Part shown: positions 49,913 through 59,961 of the stretch, one piece after another
Numbering within the stretch: position 1 is the first letter of the stretch
How the letters are laid out: each line of letters opens with the position of its first letter
Origin: Candidatus Latescibacterota bacterium
Lineage (GTDB): Bacteria > Latescibacterota > UBA2968 > GCA-2709665
NCBI GenBank assembly: GCA_963667175.2
Contig: CAXXXF010000015.1
Span: forward strand, 256,001 to 320,000
Length of the DNA stretch: 64,000 bases
Reading direction: 5' to 3'
The notes under the pieces: model-generated
Told to the model about the DNA's origin: nothing
What the model saw: the letters and a program-made list of their open reading frames with translations, nothing else
Databases searched by the model: none
Program-made: the position numbers and the translations under genes

Positions 49913-51184
49913 CTACGGATCTGCAAACGGGATGGCGACGACGTCGCGGACGTCTGCTGAGTCGGAAAGCACCATCAGCAAACGATCGACGCCGAGGGCG
50001 ATGCCGCCGGCCGGCGGCATGCCGGCTTCGAGGGCGCCCAGAAATTGTTCGTCGATCGGATAAGCCGGACGACCGCTGTCCCGTCGTTGCGCGGCTTCGT
50101 CTTCCAGCCGGGCCCTCTGTTCGGCGGGGTCGTTCAGTTCCGTAAAGGCGTTGGCGAGTTCCACGCCCGATACATAGAGTTCGAACCGCTCCGCGACGTG
50201 GGGCGCATTCTGTTTCAATCTGGCAAGAGCCGCCATCTCCGCGGGATAATCCACGAGGAAGGTTGGGGTTCCCGCGCCGAGGCGTTTTTCCACGGCATCC
50301 AGAAACACCTTGAAATAAGCGAGCTCAAACGCGTCGCCGGGAACGACCGACCGGTGGCCCTTCCGGCGGGCTTCTCGGACGAACGCGTCGGGATTTTCCG
50401 CGGGATCGGCGTACACACCGGCGTACCTTGCAAATGCCTCCCGCACGCTCAGGCGTTGCCACGGGGGGGTGAAGTCGACGGTTCGACCCCGGTACACGAT
50501 GGATGATTTCCCGGTGAGTTCGCGTACCAGGCCGTGCATCAGATTCTCCGTGTCACCCATGATGGTGGTGTAGTCGGCGTAGGCCCTGTACCATTCGAGA
50601 AGCGTGAATTCGGGGCTGTGCATGGGTCCTGGCGGGTCCTGGCGGAACGACTTGCAGATCTGGAAGATGCGTTCGTACCCGGCCGCCAGAAGGCGTTTCA
50701 TCGCGTACTCGGGTGAGGTCGGCAGATAAACCTGTTTCGCGCGCCCGTTCGCGCGGTAGTGGGTTTCGAAGGCGTCCAGATGGGGTTCCATACCCGGGCT
50801 GCGAACGAGCAGCGGCGTCTCGACTTCCAGGAATCCCGCGTTCTCGAAAAAACGCCTGATGTACGACAGAACCCGGGCGCGCATCCACAGGATCCGGGAT
50901 GAGGGTCCTGATTCGGGCGGGCGCAGGGCCGGCGCCAGAACCCGGTGGCTTCGGACCCGAAATGCAGGAGGCCGCCAGAGGCCCCGAACCTCCACCACGT
51001 GTCCCGGCCGAAGATTTTCCTGCGCCGCGAGGGTCACCTCGCCCGACTCGTCAACCAGCCGCGGATTGTCCGCCCCCGTGCCGGCAGCAACCCGACCGGC
51101 CAGAATCGCTTCGTCGCCCGGCGCAAGGTCCGCGACGCGATGGGTACGGGCGCACCCCGCGGGATATGCGTTAGCGTCAGACAT
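49913..51184 (-). CDS. epmA: EF-P lysine aminoacylase EpmA/GenX with N-terminal OB-like extension
   Basis: FLEVETP, PGMEPHL, YLPTSPEYAMKRLLA, HSPEFTLLEWY, ERFELY..GVELAN, GIALGVDRL. Confidence 0.88.
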   Translation of the reverse strand: MSDANAYPAGCARTHRVADLAPGDEAILAGRVAAGTGADNPRLVDESGEVTLAAQENLRPGHVVEVRGLWRPPAFRVRSHRVLAPALRPPESGPSSRILWMRARVLSYIRRFFENAGFLEVETPLLVRSPGMEPHLDAFETHYRANGRAKQVYLPTSPEYAMKRLLAAGYERIFQICKSFRQDPPGPMHSPEFTLLEWYRAYADYTTIMGDTENLMHGLVRELTGKSSIVYRGRTVDFTPPWQRLSVREAFARYAGVYADPAENPDAFVREARRKGHRSVVPGDAFELAYFKVFLDAVEKRLGAGTPTFLVDYPAEMAALARLKQNAPHVAERFELYVSGVELANAFTELNDPAEQRARLEDEAAQRRDSGRPAYPIDEQFLGALEAGMPPAGGIALGVDRLLMVLSDSADVRDVVAIPFADP

Positions 51185-51418
51185 TCAAGCACCCATGGCG
51201 CCGGTTGGCGCCCTGTGACGCGTCAACGAATGGTAAATCTGTGCGGAAACGGTCAGTCGGAATATAGGTCAACCGGCGTCCGGGAGCAACAGGCATCCGT
51301 GCGGGACGGAATTCCCGATGGAAAAACTCCTTGCCGACGGTTGTTTTGCCGTGATATATTTCGGGAATACATTTCCTCAGCGAAACTCTTGCCGCGATAT
51401 TGGGAGATACCGTCAGCC

Positions 51419-52000
51419 ATGAATCGTCGAACAACCGCCCGTGCGATTTTCCGTTCGCATGCCTTTTCTGCAATTACAATGCTCCTGCTCTATTGCGTTC
51501 CGGCCTGGGGCGGCTCTTTCAAAGCCGGCGCCGGAATCTTATTCAACAATAATGAACCCGGGGGAGGCGTATCCGTCGACCTGAGCGACGCGGGACCGGG
51601 GCTTTCGCCGTTTGTGGACTATTTCGGCAACTCCGGCTCGCGCGTCGTCGGCGGCGGGCTCAACGTCGTCGCAAAACGCGCCGGGGGCGCGCAGTCGCAA
51701 CTCTATATCGGCGTGGGGGGAGGCATCGCCTCGGTGGAGGTTGAAGAAACGTCGGCCGGTATCACCGGTTCGGCGTCAAAAACACAGGCGATGGCCGACT
51801 TCGTGCTGGGTATCGAGTTCGACTTGCACGAAAACGTCGGGGGGTTCCTTCAGGTGAAGTGGCTTGGGACCTTCGGCGGCGGCAGGGTGGACATTACGGG
51901 TGAGGTTGAGGGACGAACGGTTACGATACCGGACGCGATTGACCTGGATCTCGGAAGCTTCGCCGCCCAGGCCGGGATTTCGATCGGCTTCTGGAAGTGA
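51419..52000 (+). CDS. Outer-membrane beta-barrel protein (OmpA-like/porin family)
   Basis: Signal peptide, alternating beta-strands, YIGVGGG, C-terminal aromatic residue. Confidence 0.7.
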   Translation: MNRRTTARAIFRSHAFSAITMLLLYCVPAWGGSFKAGAGILFNNNEPGGGVSVDLSDAGPGLSPFVDYFGNSGSRVVGGGLNVVAKRAGGAQSQLYIGVGGGIASVEVEETSAGITGSASKTQAMADFVLGIEFDLHENVGGFLQVKWLGTFGGGRVDITGEVEGRTVTIPDAIDLDLGSFAAQAGISIGFWK

Positions 52001-52081
52001 GTGCCGTCGCTGTCGGGGGAAGGCGCAGTCCGCAATGACCTGAAACTGAACTTCCATCCCCACGAAGAGAATCGGTCATTG

Positions 52082-52123
52082 GAAACCGCCGGCTTGTCTC
52101 CAGAGTTTCAGCCGGCGGTTTTT
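52082..52123 (+). terminator. Putative intrinsic terminator
   Basis: AAACCGCCGGCT...AGCCGGCGGTTTTT. Confidence 0.6.
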
Positions 52124-52227
52124 CGGTTGATTTCCTGCCCTGTTTTGGCGATTATTGTTGAGGTCATCCCCTTCATGCTATCCTGATTTTCCAGAACTCG
52201 ACGCCGCACCAGACCCGGGAGGCTTTA

Positions 52228-52833
52228 ATGCACGCGTTGACGCGCGTTCTCATTGCCATCTCCGTTGCCGCAATGCTTACGACTTCCGCCGCATGGGCGC
52301 AGCACGCGGTCAAGCTGGGCGCAGGCATACACTTTGACGAAGAAACACCCGGTATTGGACTCGCGTACGACGTCAATGCCTCGGAAGGTCTGGTCGCGTT
52401 TTCACCGTTCATCGATTTCTTTACCAAATCCGAAGCCAAGGTGTACGGGGGCGGGTTGAACCTGGTCGTGAAGCGTCCCGTGGGGGAAAAAGGCGTCTTC
52501 TATTTCGGGGGCGGAGGCGGCGTAGGCAGCGTGACGTCCGTGAGGGAATTCGAAATTGAGAGTGAGACGGAGACCACGGCCCCGGCCGATGAGAGGGTGG
52601 AAGCATCAAGAACCCAGGCCATGGTCGACGTGCTGGTCGGCCTGGAATTCGCTACGACCGAGAGAGCATCGGTTTTCCTGCAAGCCAAGTGGATTGGCAT
52701 GTACAGTGGAGATCCCGAAGTCTACACGCTTTCCGACGGCAGAGAAGTCGCACCTGAACTGGACGTGAAGAGTTTCGCGTTCCAGGTTGGCCTGTCCATC
52801 AATATCGGCCAGTCCGAATATGAAGGTTATTAG
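52228..52833 (+). CDS. Outer-membrane beta-barrel protein, paralogue 2
   Basis: Signal peptide ending AWA; SPFIDFF, GGGLNLVVKR and TQAMVD are shared with paralogue 1. Confidence 0.72.
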   Translation: MHALTRVLIAISVAAMLTTSAAWAQHAVKLGAGIHFDEETPGIGLAYDVNASEGLVAFSPFIDFFTKSEAKVYGGGLNLVVKRPVGEKGVFYFGGGGGVGSVTSVREFEIESETETTAPADERVEASRTQAMVDVLVGLEFATTERASVFLQAKWIGMYSGDPEVYTLSDGREVAPELDVKSFAFQVGLSINIGQSEYEGY

Positions 52834-52883
52834 TTACACCCGTCGCGCATGGAATTGCGATGACCGCGCGTATTGGAGGCATA

Positions 52884-53387
52884 ATGAGAATTCGACTGGT
52901 CGCGTTGCTGTCCGGCCTCGCCTTACTGACGGCCGCGCCCGCCGCCGCAAGAGATTTCGCGGTGAATTTCGGGGGCGGCACGCTCTTCGATTCGACTCGG
53001 CCGGGCGGTCATTTTTCGTTCGAGATGTCGCTCAGCGACGAGTATCCCACCCACCTCGCCCCTTTCTTTGAAATCTACAACGATTCGGGCACAAGGATTA
53101 TTCCGGTAGGCGTCTCGCTGCTTTACAAACCGCCCCTGTCGGAATACGGAGGCACGATATATTTCGGCGCCGGCGGCGGCGCATTGCTTATTCGGGGACA
53201 ACCCAGTCCCGGCCTTGCAACGGGAACGGACGGAATGATCACGGTGGCGGGCGGACTGTCGTTCGGCGTGGGTACCCGCGCGGGCGTCTTTGTGCAGGTG
53301 CGCTGGTTCCGATCGTTCGAAGATCAGACCGCGGAGAATGAAATCGGCGTTCAGGCGGGCTTGCGATTCTATCTGTCGGAAGGCTGA
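52884..53387 (+). CDS. Outer-membrane beta-barrel protein, paralogue 3
   Basis: GGAGG RBS, signal peptide, YFGAGGG, QAGLRFY. Confidence 0.72.
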   Translation: MRIRLVALLSGLALLTAAPAAARDFAVNFGGGTLFDSTRPGGHFSFEMSLSDEYPTHLAPFFEIYNDSGTRIIPVGVSLLYKPPLSEYGGTIYFGAGGGALLIRGQPSPGLATGTDGMITVAGGLSFGVGTRAGVFVQVRWFRSFEDQTAENEIGVQAGLRFYLSEG

Positions 53388-53422
53388 TTACAATACGGCA
53401 AACGGGTGAACCCCGGGAGTTC

Positions 53423-53461
53423 AAAAGCGCCGGAATCCCTCTTCAGGTTGCCGGCGCTTTT
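53423..53461. terminator. Bidirectional terminator between convergent genes
   Basis: AAAAGCGCCGG...CCGGCGCTTTT. Confidence 0.7.
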
Positions 53462-53486
53462 CCTTTGAAGGACCGTCGCGGCGGCG

Positions 53487-54986
53487 TCAACCGCGGTTCC
53501 TGAGCAGATCAACCAGAAGACGCACGCCCACGCCCGTGCCGCCTTTCGGGACGTGCGGCAGGTCCTTTTGCGCCCACGCGGTGCCTGCGATGTCCAGGTG
53601 CGCCCACGGAAACTCCTTCACGAAGGCTTCGATGAACGCCGCGCCCGTGATGGCGCCTCCGGCCCGGCCGCCGGTGTTCTTGACGTCGGCGACGTCGCTC
53701 TTCATCTCCTCCCGGTGGCCGTCCAGAATGGGAAGGCGCCACGCGATCTCGCCCGTTCGTTCTCCCGCGGCGGCAATTTCGGAAGCCAGTGCGTCATCGT
53801 TGGAAAAGAGCCCGCTGGCCTCGTGTCCGAGGGCGATGACGCACGCGCCGGTAAGCGTTGCCAGATCGATGGCGGCCGACGGCTTGTACGCCGCGGCCCA
53901 GGCCACGGCGTCGGCCAGGACCAGGCGGCCTTCGGCGTCCGTGGACCGGATTTCGATGGTTTTTCCGAGCAGGGACCGGATAATGTCGCCCGGCTTGAGC
54001 GCGCGGCTGCCGGGCATGTTTTCCGAGGCGGCCACGAGGCCGATCGTGCGGACCGGCAGATTCAGCCGCGCCACCGCCTGCATCGCGCCGATGACCGCGG
54101 CGGCCCCGCCCATGTCGAATTTCATATCCCACATGCCCTCGGAGCCCTTGATGGAAATACCGCCGGAGTCGAACGTGATGCCCTTGCCGATAAGCACGAC
54201 CGGCGCCCCTTCCGGATCCCCGCCGTCGTGTTCGAGCACGACGAACCTGGGCGGTTGCGCGCTGCCCTGCGCCACGGCCTGGATGGTGCGCATGCCTTCC
54301 TCTGCGATCCGTTCCTCGTCGAATACCTCGCACCGGAGGCCTGTTTCGCGAGCCATCGTTTCCGCGCGATCGGCGAGTATGGCGGGCGTCATCTCGTTTC
54401 CCGGATGACTGCCGAGGTCGCGGGCAAGGCAAACAGCTTCTCCAATGATTCGCCCCGTCTCCGCCCCCGTTTCGATGTGAGCCTGTTTTTCCGCCAGGAA
54501 TTCGACCAGCGTGAGACGTTCGAGTTCACCGCAATCGTCGTCGTCTCCGCTCTTGTACGGTGTGAATCGATACGTGCCCAGAATGGCGCCTTCGACAATG
54601 GCCTGGGCGGCCTCGCGAACGTCCATCCCGCCAACCCCGGCTCCGTGAATGATCGAAGCCAGATGTCCCGCGCCCAGGCTTTGCGCGCGCTTCGCCGAGA
54701 CCGCGGAGACCTGTCGGACCCGGTCGAGGGTGAAGTCCTCGCTCTTGCCCAGACCCACGAGAATGACGCGCGTCGCAGCGACGCCTTCCTGTGGATAAAG
54801 GACGGCCACCTGCTTGAACTTGCCGGTGAAATCCCCGGCGGAAATCAGACGCCGGATCTGACCGTTCAGGGCCCTGTCCGCTGCGCCCGTGGCGCCACCG
54901 GGCTCGGTGACGCCCTCGAAGAGATTCAGCACAATGGCATCCGCGTCGAACGCCGCGACGTTATCAATCGCAACCGATACGTTCAC
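53487..54986 (-). CDS. pepA: Leucyl aminopeptidase (M17)
   Basis: GKGITFDSGG, MKFDMGG, STDAEGRL, ATLTGA, HLDIAG; GGAGG RBS before GTG 54986. Confidence 0.95.
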   Translation of the reverse strand: MNVSVAIDNVAAFDADAIVLNLFEGVTEPGGATGAADRALNGQIRRLISAGDFTGKFKQVAVLYPQEGVAATRVILVGLGKSEDFTLDRVRQVSAVSAKRAQSLGAGHLASIIHGAGVGGMDVREAAQAIVEGAILGTYRFTPYKSGDDDDCGELERLTLVEFLAEKQAHIETGAETGRIIGEAVCLARDLGSHPGNEMTPAILADRAETMARETGLRCEVFDEERIAEEGMRTIQAVAQGSAQPPRFVVLEHDGGDPEGAPVVLIGKGITFDSGGISIKGSEGMWDMKFDMGGAAAVIGAMQAVARLNLPVRTIGLVAASENMPGSRALKPGDIIRSLLGKTIEIRSTDAEGRLVLADAVAWAAAYKPSAAIDLATLTGACVIALGHEASGLFSNDDALASEIAAAGERTGEIAWRLPILDGHREEMKSDVADVKNTGGRAGGAITGAAFIEAFVKEFPWAHLDIAGTAWAQKDLPHVPKGGTGVGVRLLVDLLRNRG

Positions 54987-55086
54987 AAGACCTCCCTTAC
55001 GACAAAGGCGCGAGAAAACGAGGAAAACCAAAAGGCACGACAAATGCACGAGAAAACGAGTAACGGCGGTGACGGCGTAACGGGAA

Positions 55087-55725
55087 CTACCATCCGCCCG
55101 AACGTCCCGCAAAAAAAGGATTGGTCGACTTCTCAACGCCCACGGTGGTGAAGGGACCATGGCCGGGATAGACCCTCGTCTCGTCGTCCAGAATCAGGAT
55201 CTTCTCCCGTATCGTTCGGAGCAGAAGGTCCGCGTCACTGCCCGGCAGGTCGGTGCGGCCGATCGAGCCGGCAAACAGGGAATCGCCCACGATCGCGTGC
55301 CCAGGCCATTTGAGGGTGATATTGCCGGGTGCGTGGCCCGGCACGTGGACAATCGCGAAGGTTTCTTCACCCATCCTGACGACGTCGCCCTCTTCGAGAA
55401 ACCGGTCGATGCGCGGCGGCGGCTCCGCGTTCAGGCCGACCGATCCGGCGATCTCAACGAGGTTTTCGACCCTGAGACGGTCGGCCGGATGGATCGCGAA
55501 GGGGGCGCCGGTTTCGCGGACGGCGGAGGACGCGTGCGCGATGTGGTCGTAATGCCCGTGGGTGGCGATGACTTCCACGATTCGAATGTCGTCTTCATGG
55601 ACGAGTTTCATGACGTCCGGTATGTTGTCGCCCGGATCCACAATGATGCCTTCGAGGGTCTTTTCACAGGCCAGAATGAAGCAGTTCACCTGCAGGGGTC
55701 CGACGACGATCGATTTGAAAATCAA
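55087..55725 (-). CDS. MBL-fold metallo-hydrolase (glyoxalase II-like)
   Basis: THGHYDH, PGHAPG, GDSLF..SIGRTD, PGHG. Confidence 0.92.
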   Translation of the reverse strand: MIFKSIVVGPLQVNCFILACEKTLEGIIVDPGDNIPDVMKLVHEDDIRIVEVIATHGHYDHIAHASSAVRETGAPFAIHPADRLRVENLVEIAGSVGLNAEPPPRIDRFLEEGDVVRMGEETFAIVHVPGHAPGNITLKWPGHAIVGDSLFAGSIGRTDLPGSDADLLLRTIREKILILDDETRVYPGHGPFTTVGVEKSTNPFFAGRSGGW

Positions 55726-55882
55726 GAAACACTCCTCCTGGGCAGGCGATAAAAGCGGCGAGACGTGAGACGGTAGATGACGTCATTGCCCGAATGGCTA
55801 TTCCTTTATGCCACCGGCAACAGATGTAACCGCATGAGGCAATCACATCATCTCACGTCGAACGTCTACCGTCTCCCCGCTT

Positions 55883-57208
55883 CTATGCCAAGCCTTCCTC
55901 CCCCGCGTGGATGGACGCGAGCACCCACGGATCCCGGGTCTCGACCCGGAACGCCTTGACCTTCCGCCGCATCGCCTCCGCGATATCCGCAACCTCCGGA
56001 TTGTGAATCAGATTGGTCGACTCCGCCGGATCGGCTTCAACGTCGAACAACGCTTCCGCATCCTGATGCAGGAATCGTTCCGTGGGGCGCCGCCCCATCA
56101 TCCCGATCCCCTCCGACAGGACCGCCTGCCACGTCGGGGACGCCCACAGATCGCCCGGTATCGGCGTGGTCAACTCGGGGTACAGGTTGCGCACGTATTT
56201 GTACTTTCTCCCCCTCAACACGCGATAAGGATAATAGTTCGTCACCTCGTGGAACGAATGCGAAAAGAACGTCTCGTCCCATCCTTCCGGATGCGTCTCG
56301 TCCAGAATCGGAATCAGCGAGCGCTCTGGAAGCCCGACCGGCGGTTTCACGCCACACCACTCCAGGACCGTGGGCGCGATATTGCACCAGTTCACCAGCG
56401 CGTCGCACCGGACGGACGGCGCGTCCGGCCGCACCAGGATCAACGGACAGCGATGGCCGGAGTCGAACGACGATCCCTTGGCGCCGGGAAACGGCATCCC
56501 GTGGTCGCTCATCACCACAATCAACGTATCCTTCGCCCGGCCGGCGGCCTCGAGCGCATCCACCGCCATCCCGATCCCCTGATCCAGCCTGGATATGGAC
56601 TGGTAATACTCCGCGAGTTCCCGCCGCACGGCGGGGTGGTCGGGCAGGAAATCGGGCGCCACGACCTCGTCCGGCGAATAATGCGCCTCCTCCACCCCCG
56701 GATAGGTCCCCTGATTTCCGAAATCGCGATGCGGATCTCCGAATCCCATATGCAGATAGAAGGGTCTGTCGCCAGTCTGCGCGAGAAACTCCCCGGCCCG
56801 TCCGGCCATCTCGGCCACGTTCCGCGTACCGCCGTGGACCCGTTCGGCGTTGTGCGTCCACGGATAGACCTCTTCGGGTTGCACGTGCAGCTTGCCCACA
56901 ATCCCGGTGGCAAATCCCGCAGATCCGAGGGCGCCGGGGATGGAGGGCATGGACAGGTGGGTATGAAAATTGTGGATCCCATGCGTATGCCCGTACTGCC
57001 CGTGGGTATGGCTGTAATGCCCCGTCAACACACACGCCCTGCTGGCCGCGCAAGACGGCGTCGTACAGAAGGCCTCGCCAAACACCGTTCCACGGGACGC
57101 CAGCGCATCCACGTTCGGGGTCCTGATCACCGGATTCCCGTAACATCCGGCAATCGGGCTCCAGTCGTCGGCAATCAACAGGAGCACGCTGCGATGTTCT
57201 GTCGCCAT
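55883..57208 (-). CDS. Sulfatase (sulfamidase-like)
   Basis: IADD, TPNVD, CAASR formylglycine motif, GKLH, SDHG. Confidence 0.92.
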   Translation of the reverse strand: MATEHRSVLLLIADDWSPIAGCYGNPVIRTPNVDALASRGTVFGEAFCTTPSCAASRACVLTGHYSHTHGQYGHTHGIHNFHTHLSMPSIPGALGSAGFATGIVGKLHVQPEEVYPWTHNAERVHGGTRNVAEMAGRAGEFLAQTGDRPFYLHMGFGDPHRDFGNQGTYPGVEEAHYSPDEVVAPDFLPDHPAVRRELAEYYQSISRLDQGIGMAVDALEAAGRAKDTLIVVMSDHGMPFPGAKGSSFDSGHRCPLILVRPDAPSVRCDALVNWCNIAPTVLEWCGVKPPVGLPERSLIPILDETHPEGWDETFFSHSFHEVTNYYPYRVLRGRKYKYVRNLYPELTTPIPGDLWASPTWQAVLSEGIGMMGRRPTERFLHQDAEALFDVEADPAESTNLIHNPEVADIAEAMRRKVKAFRVETRDPWVLASIHAGEEGLA

Positions 57209-57248
57209 GACGCTCCCTCTTCGAGCTCCACAAGGGTGAATCGGCTTG

Positions 57249-57713
57249 TCAGGCCGGACGGGATCTCTTATCTTGGAAGCCTGCGGCGCGAACGGGGATC
57301 CCCAGCATCCTGCGTTTCAACGCCGCGTTTTCCCCGTGCCTGATCTTCCATAGCAAATAAACCATCAGCAAAATGCCGGCGCCGTCATACATCACGTCGG
57401 TCCAGGTTCCCAGGCGCTCCGGAACGGAATTCTGATGGATCTCATCGGTCACGGCGTAACAGGCGGAAAGCGCCGCGCTCCATGCCAGACATGGACTGAA
57501 TCGCCGCCTTTCCGTCCAGACTGACCGCAGCCAGAGATAGGTCAGAATCGCATATTCGGTCAGATGAGCGAGCTTGCGAACCGCGTAGTTCAAGACGCCG
57601 AAATAGATCTCCGTCGCATCCGCGGACATCCCGAAAGCCATCCATCTGCTCGACGTCAGAAAGATCAGTCCCATCCAACCCGCCAGCGCGATTCGCCACC
57701 GTATGACCGTCAA
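57249..57713 (-). CDS. VanZ family membrane protein
   Basis: RKLAHLTEYAIL, YAVTDEIHQ..VPER...DV..D. Confidence 0.85.
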   Translation of the reverse strand: MTVIRWRIALAGWMGLIFLTSSRWMAFGMSADATEIYFGVLNYAVRKLAHLTEYAILTYLWLRSVWTERRRFSPCLAWSAALSACYAVTDEIHQNSVPERLGTWTDVMYDGAGILLMVYLLWKIRHGENAALKRRMLGIPVRAAGFQDKRSRPA

Positions 57714-57762
57714 TCCAACCTCGATTCGCCTATGGCCAGTGCGCCAGTTGAATTGGCCTCTA

Positions 57763-57982
57763 ACAGACCGTTGAAAAAGTCGCTCTGCAGGCGAGGTCGA
57801 GTCATTGTGGCCGAAGACAAGGCGCGCCTGTCTGCGTGCGGACACGCACAGGCAGGCGACCGACGCGAATCCCTGGATTCGGGGAGGGAGTGCAACGCAG
57901 GTATTCGGCCACAAGGGCCGGACGCCTGTCTGCGTGCGAACGCACAGGCAGGCAGCCCGGATGGACTTTATCAACGGGCTGC
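57763..57982 (-). mobile_element. MITE family B, copy 2, with two nested palindromes
   Basis: TA-flanked; TIRs CAGACCGTTGAAAAAGTC / GACTTTATCAACGGGCTG; inserts at 57827-57856 and 57925-57952. Confidence 0.85.
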
Positions 57983-58073
57983 TAAGATCGCCTTTTGACA
58001 GAATCGCGTCAAGCACAAACGCGGCCGCAACGGGATTTCGCGGGCCCGGCGCCATCCATCAGGAGTCTCCTCG

Positions 58074-58748
58074 ATGCAAGCCTATCAGCGGGAATTCATC
58101 GACTTCCTCGTTGAGACCCGCGCCCTCCGCTTCGGCGAATTCACGCTGAAGAGCGGGAGAAAGTCACCCTATTTCTTCAACGCGGGGCAATTCAACACCG
58201 GTACGGAAATCGAGCGCCTCGGCTATTACTATGCCTGCGCCATCCGCGAGTTGGACGCAGCGCCCACACTCGTCTTCGGGCCGGCATATAAAGGCATTCC
58301 CCTCTGCATCGCCGCGGTCATCGCGCTCCGGCAGCGGTTCGACGTCGATACCTGCTATGGCTTTGACCGCAAGGAGATCAAGGAACACGGCGAGGGGGGC
58401 TGGCTCGTAGGCAAGGAACCCGATGACCGGGACCGCGTCGTGCTGGTTGACGACGTCGTGACCGACGGCGCCACGAAAATCAGCATGATCGACAGACTGA
58501 AGGCAGCCTGCAGCGCCCGGCTGTCGGGCCTGGTCATCGCTCTGGACCGCAAAGAGAATAATCCCGACGGGGAGGACGCCGTCGCGGCCCTGCAGTCCGT
58601 CACGGGCGTACCGGTGCGATCCATTGTCACCATCCATGACGTCCTGGAATACCTGCCCGGCCGCTGCATCAACGGCCGGGTCGCGCTCACCGCCCCCCTG
58701 AAGAGACAGATCGAGACTTATCTCGACGAATACGGGATCCCCGTGTAA
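58074..58748 (+). CDS. pyrE: Orotate phosphoribosyltransferase
   Basis: FGEFTLKSGRKSPYFFN, FGPAYKGIP, KEHGEGG, VDDVVTDG. Confidence 0.96.
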   Translation: MQAYQREFIDFLVETRALRFGEFTLKSGRKSPYFFNAGQFNTGTEIERLGYYYACAIRELDAAPTLVFGPAYKGIPLCIAAVIALRQRFDVDTCYGFDRKEIKEHGEGGWLVGKEPDDRDRVVLVDDVVTDGATKISMIDRLKAACSARLSGLVIALDRKENNPDGEDAVAALQSVTGVPVRSIVTIHDVLEYLPGRCINGRVALTAPLKRQIETYLDEYGIPV

Positions 58749-58770
58749 CGAGACCCTTCGATTCCGACGC

Positions 58771-59961
58771 CTATCCCGTCTCCCCGCAGTACCCCGCCGC
58801 TGTCATCGCGTACACCCGCGCCACCCGCACCAGCTCGTCCACGGACACAGCTTCGGACAGCGTATGCGCCCCTTTCGCGTCCGGTCCGTGGGTCAGCGCC
58901 GGGATACCCGCGAGGGCCGCGTACGCATTGCCGTCGTCCACGAACGGTTTCCCGCCAACCTGCAGTTCTCCTCCCGCAACCGCCGCGTACGCCTTTTGAA
59001 ACGCGTTGACGATTGCGTCATCGCGCGAGATCCTGAACGCGTCTCCCTGTACCTGGAAGTCGACCGCCGCCGGCGTCCCGAACTCCTGCTCGAGCGTGTC
59101 AACCAGCGAACGAAACTCCCTTTCGATCGCTTCCGTACGGCCGGGCGTGACCCATCGCCTCGTGCCCCGAACAGTGCACGCCACCGGCGCCTGGTTGTAG
59201 ATCTCACCGGATTCCATGAGCCCAACAAATACCGTATCGCATCCGGACCAGGGGTCGGTACTTTTTTCCAGCGTACGGTTGAGGTCCCGGAGGCGGCACA
59301 CCAGTTCCGCGCCCGCCCCCAGGACGTCGGGTGTATCCGGCGCTCTAAGGACCTCGTGCACCGGGTCCCCGTCTCTGTGCAGCCCAACCTCGAAAATGGC
59401 CATTCCCCGGCCCGCAAGAGGCAGTCGATCGGCCAGATACTCAGGCAGCATCACAGCGTCGCCCACGTAGCCTTCCGCAACCAGCGCCCGCACCTGTCGA
59501 CGATCTCCCCAGGGTCCTTCGTGGTGGTCGTGCGCGGTGAGCAGCACAGCCCCGCCGGAAAGCGCGTCCGTCTCCCGCAACGCGCGAAGCGCCTCGACCG
59601 CCGCCGCGATGCCGCCCTTCATATCCGAGGCGCCGGAACCGTACAGGACGCCGTCTTCCAGCATGGGCGGCACAAAGGGCAGATGCACCGTATCCAGGTG
59701 CCCGTCGAACTGCAACGTGCGTCCCGGCCGCCCGGTGTCCAGCCGGGCCACGACCGCGGGCGCCTCCGGCCAGTTCGCGTCCGGTCGTTCGACGTGGAAT
59801 CCGTCGCCGGCCAATATGTCTGCCAGGCAATCCGCCGCGGCGCCGGCGCTCCGCGTGGGACTGGGCGCCGCCACCAGCGCCATCGCCGTTTCCACAAGGC
59901 GTTCCCGATTCACCGCGGACCGAATCCTGTCCGTCCGGCCCGCATCCGACGTGTCGTCCAT
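58771..59961 (-). CDS. M20/ArgE-DapE family metallopeptidase/deacylase
   Basis: DGHLDTV, GASDMKGG, GP...AHTLSE; start MDDTSD at 59961. Confidence 0.85.
   Translation of the reverse strand: MDDTSDAGRTDRIRSAVNRERLVETAMALVAAPSPTRSAGAAADCLADILAGDGFHVERPDANWPEAPAVVARLDTGRPGRTLQFDGHLDTVHLPFVPPMLEDGVLYGSGASDMKGGIAAAVEALRALRETDALSGGAVLLTAHDHHEGPWGDRRQVRALVAEGYVGDAVMLPEYLADRLPLAGRGMAIFEVGLHRDGDPVHEVLRAPDTPDVLGAGAELVCRLRDLNRTLEKSTDPWSGCDTVFVGLMESGEIYNQAPVACTVRGTRRWVTPGRTEAIEREFRSLVDTLEQEFGTPAAVDFQVQGDAFRISRDDAIVNAFQKAYAAVAGGELQVGGKPFVDDGNAYAALAGIPALTHGPDAKGAHTLSEAVSVDELVRVARVYAMTAAGYCGETG

Noticed and set aside
48440-49960. 506-aa plus-strand ORF
   Set aside because: It runs through palindromic repeats and antisense to the SDR gene; no recognisable motifs.
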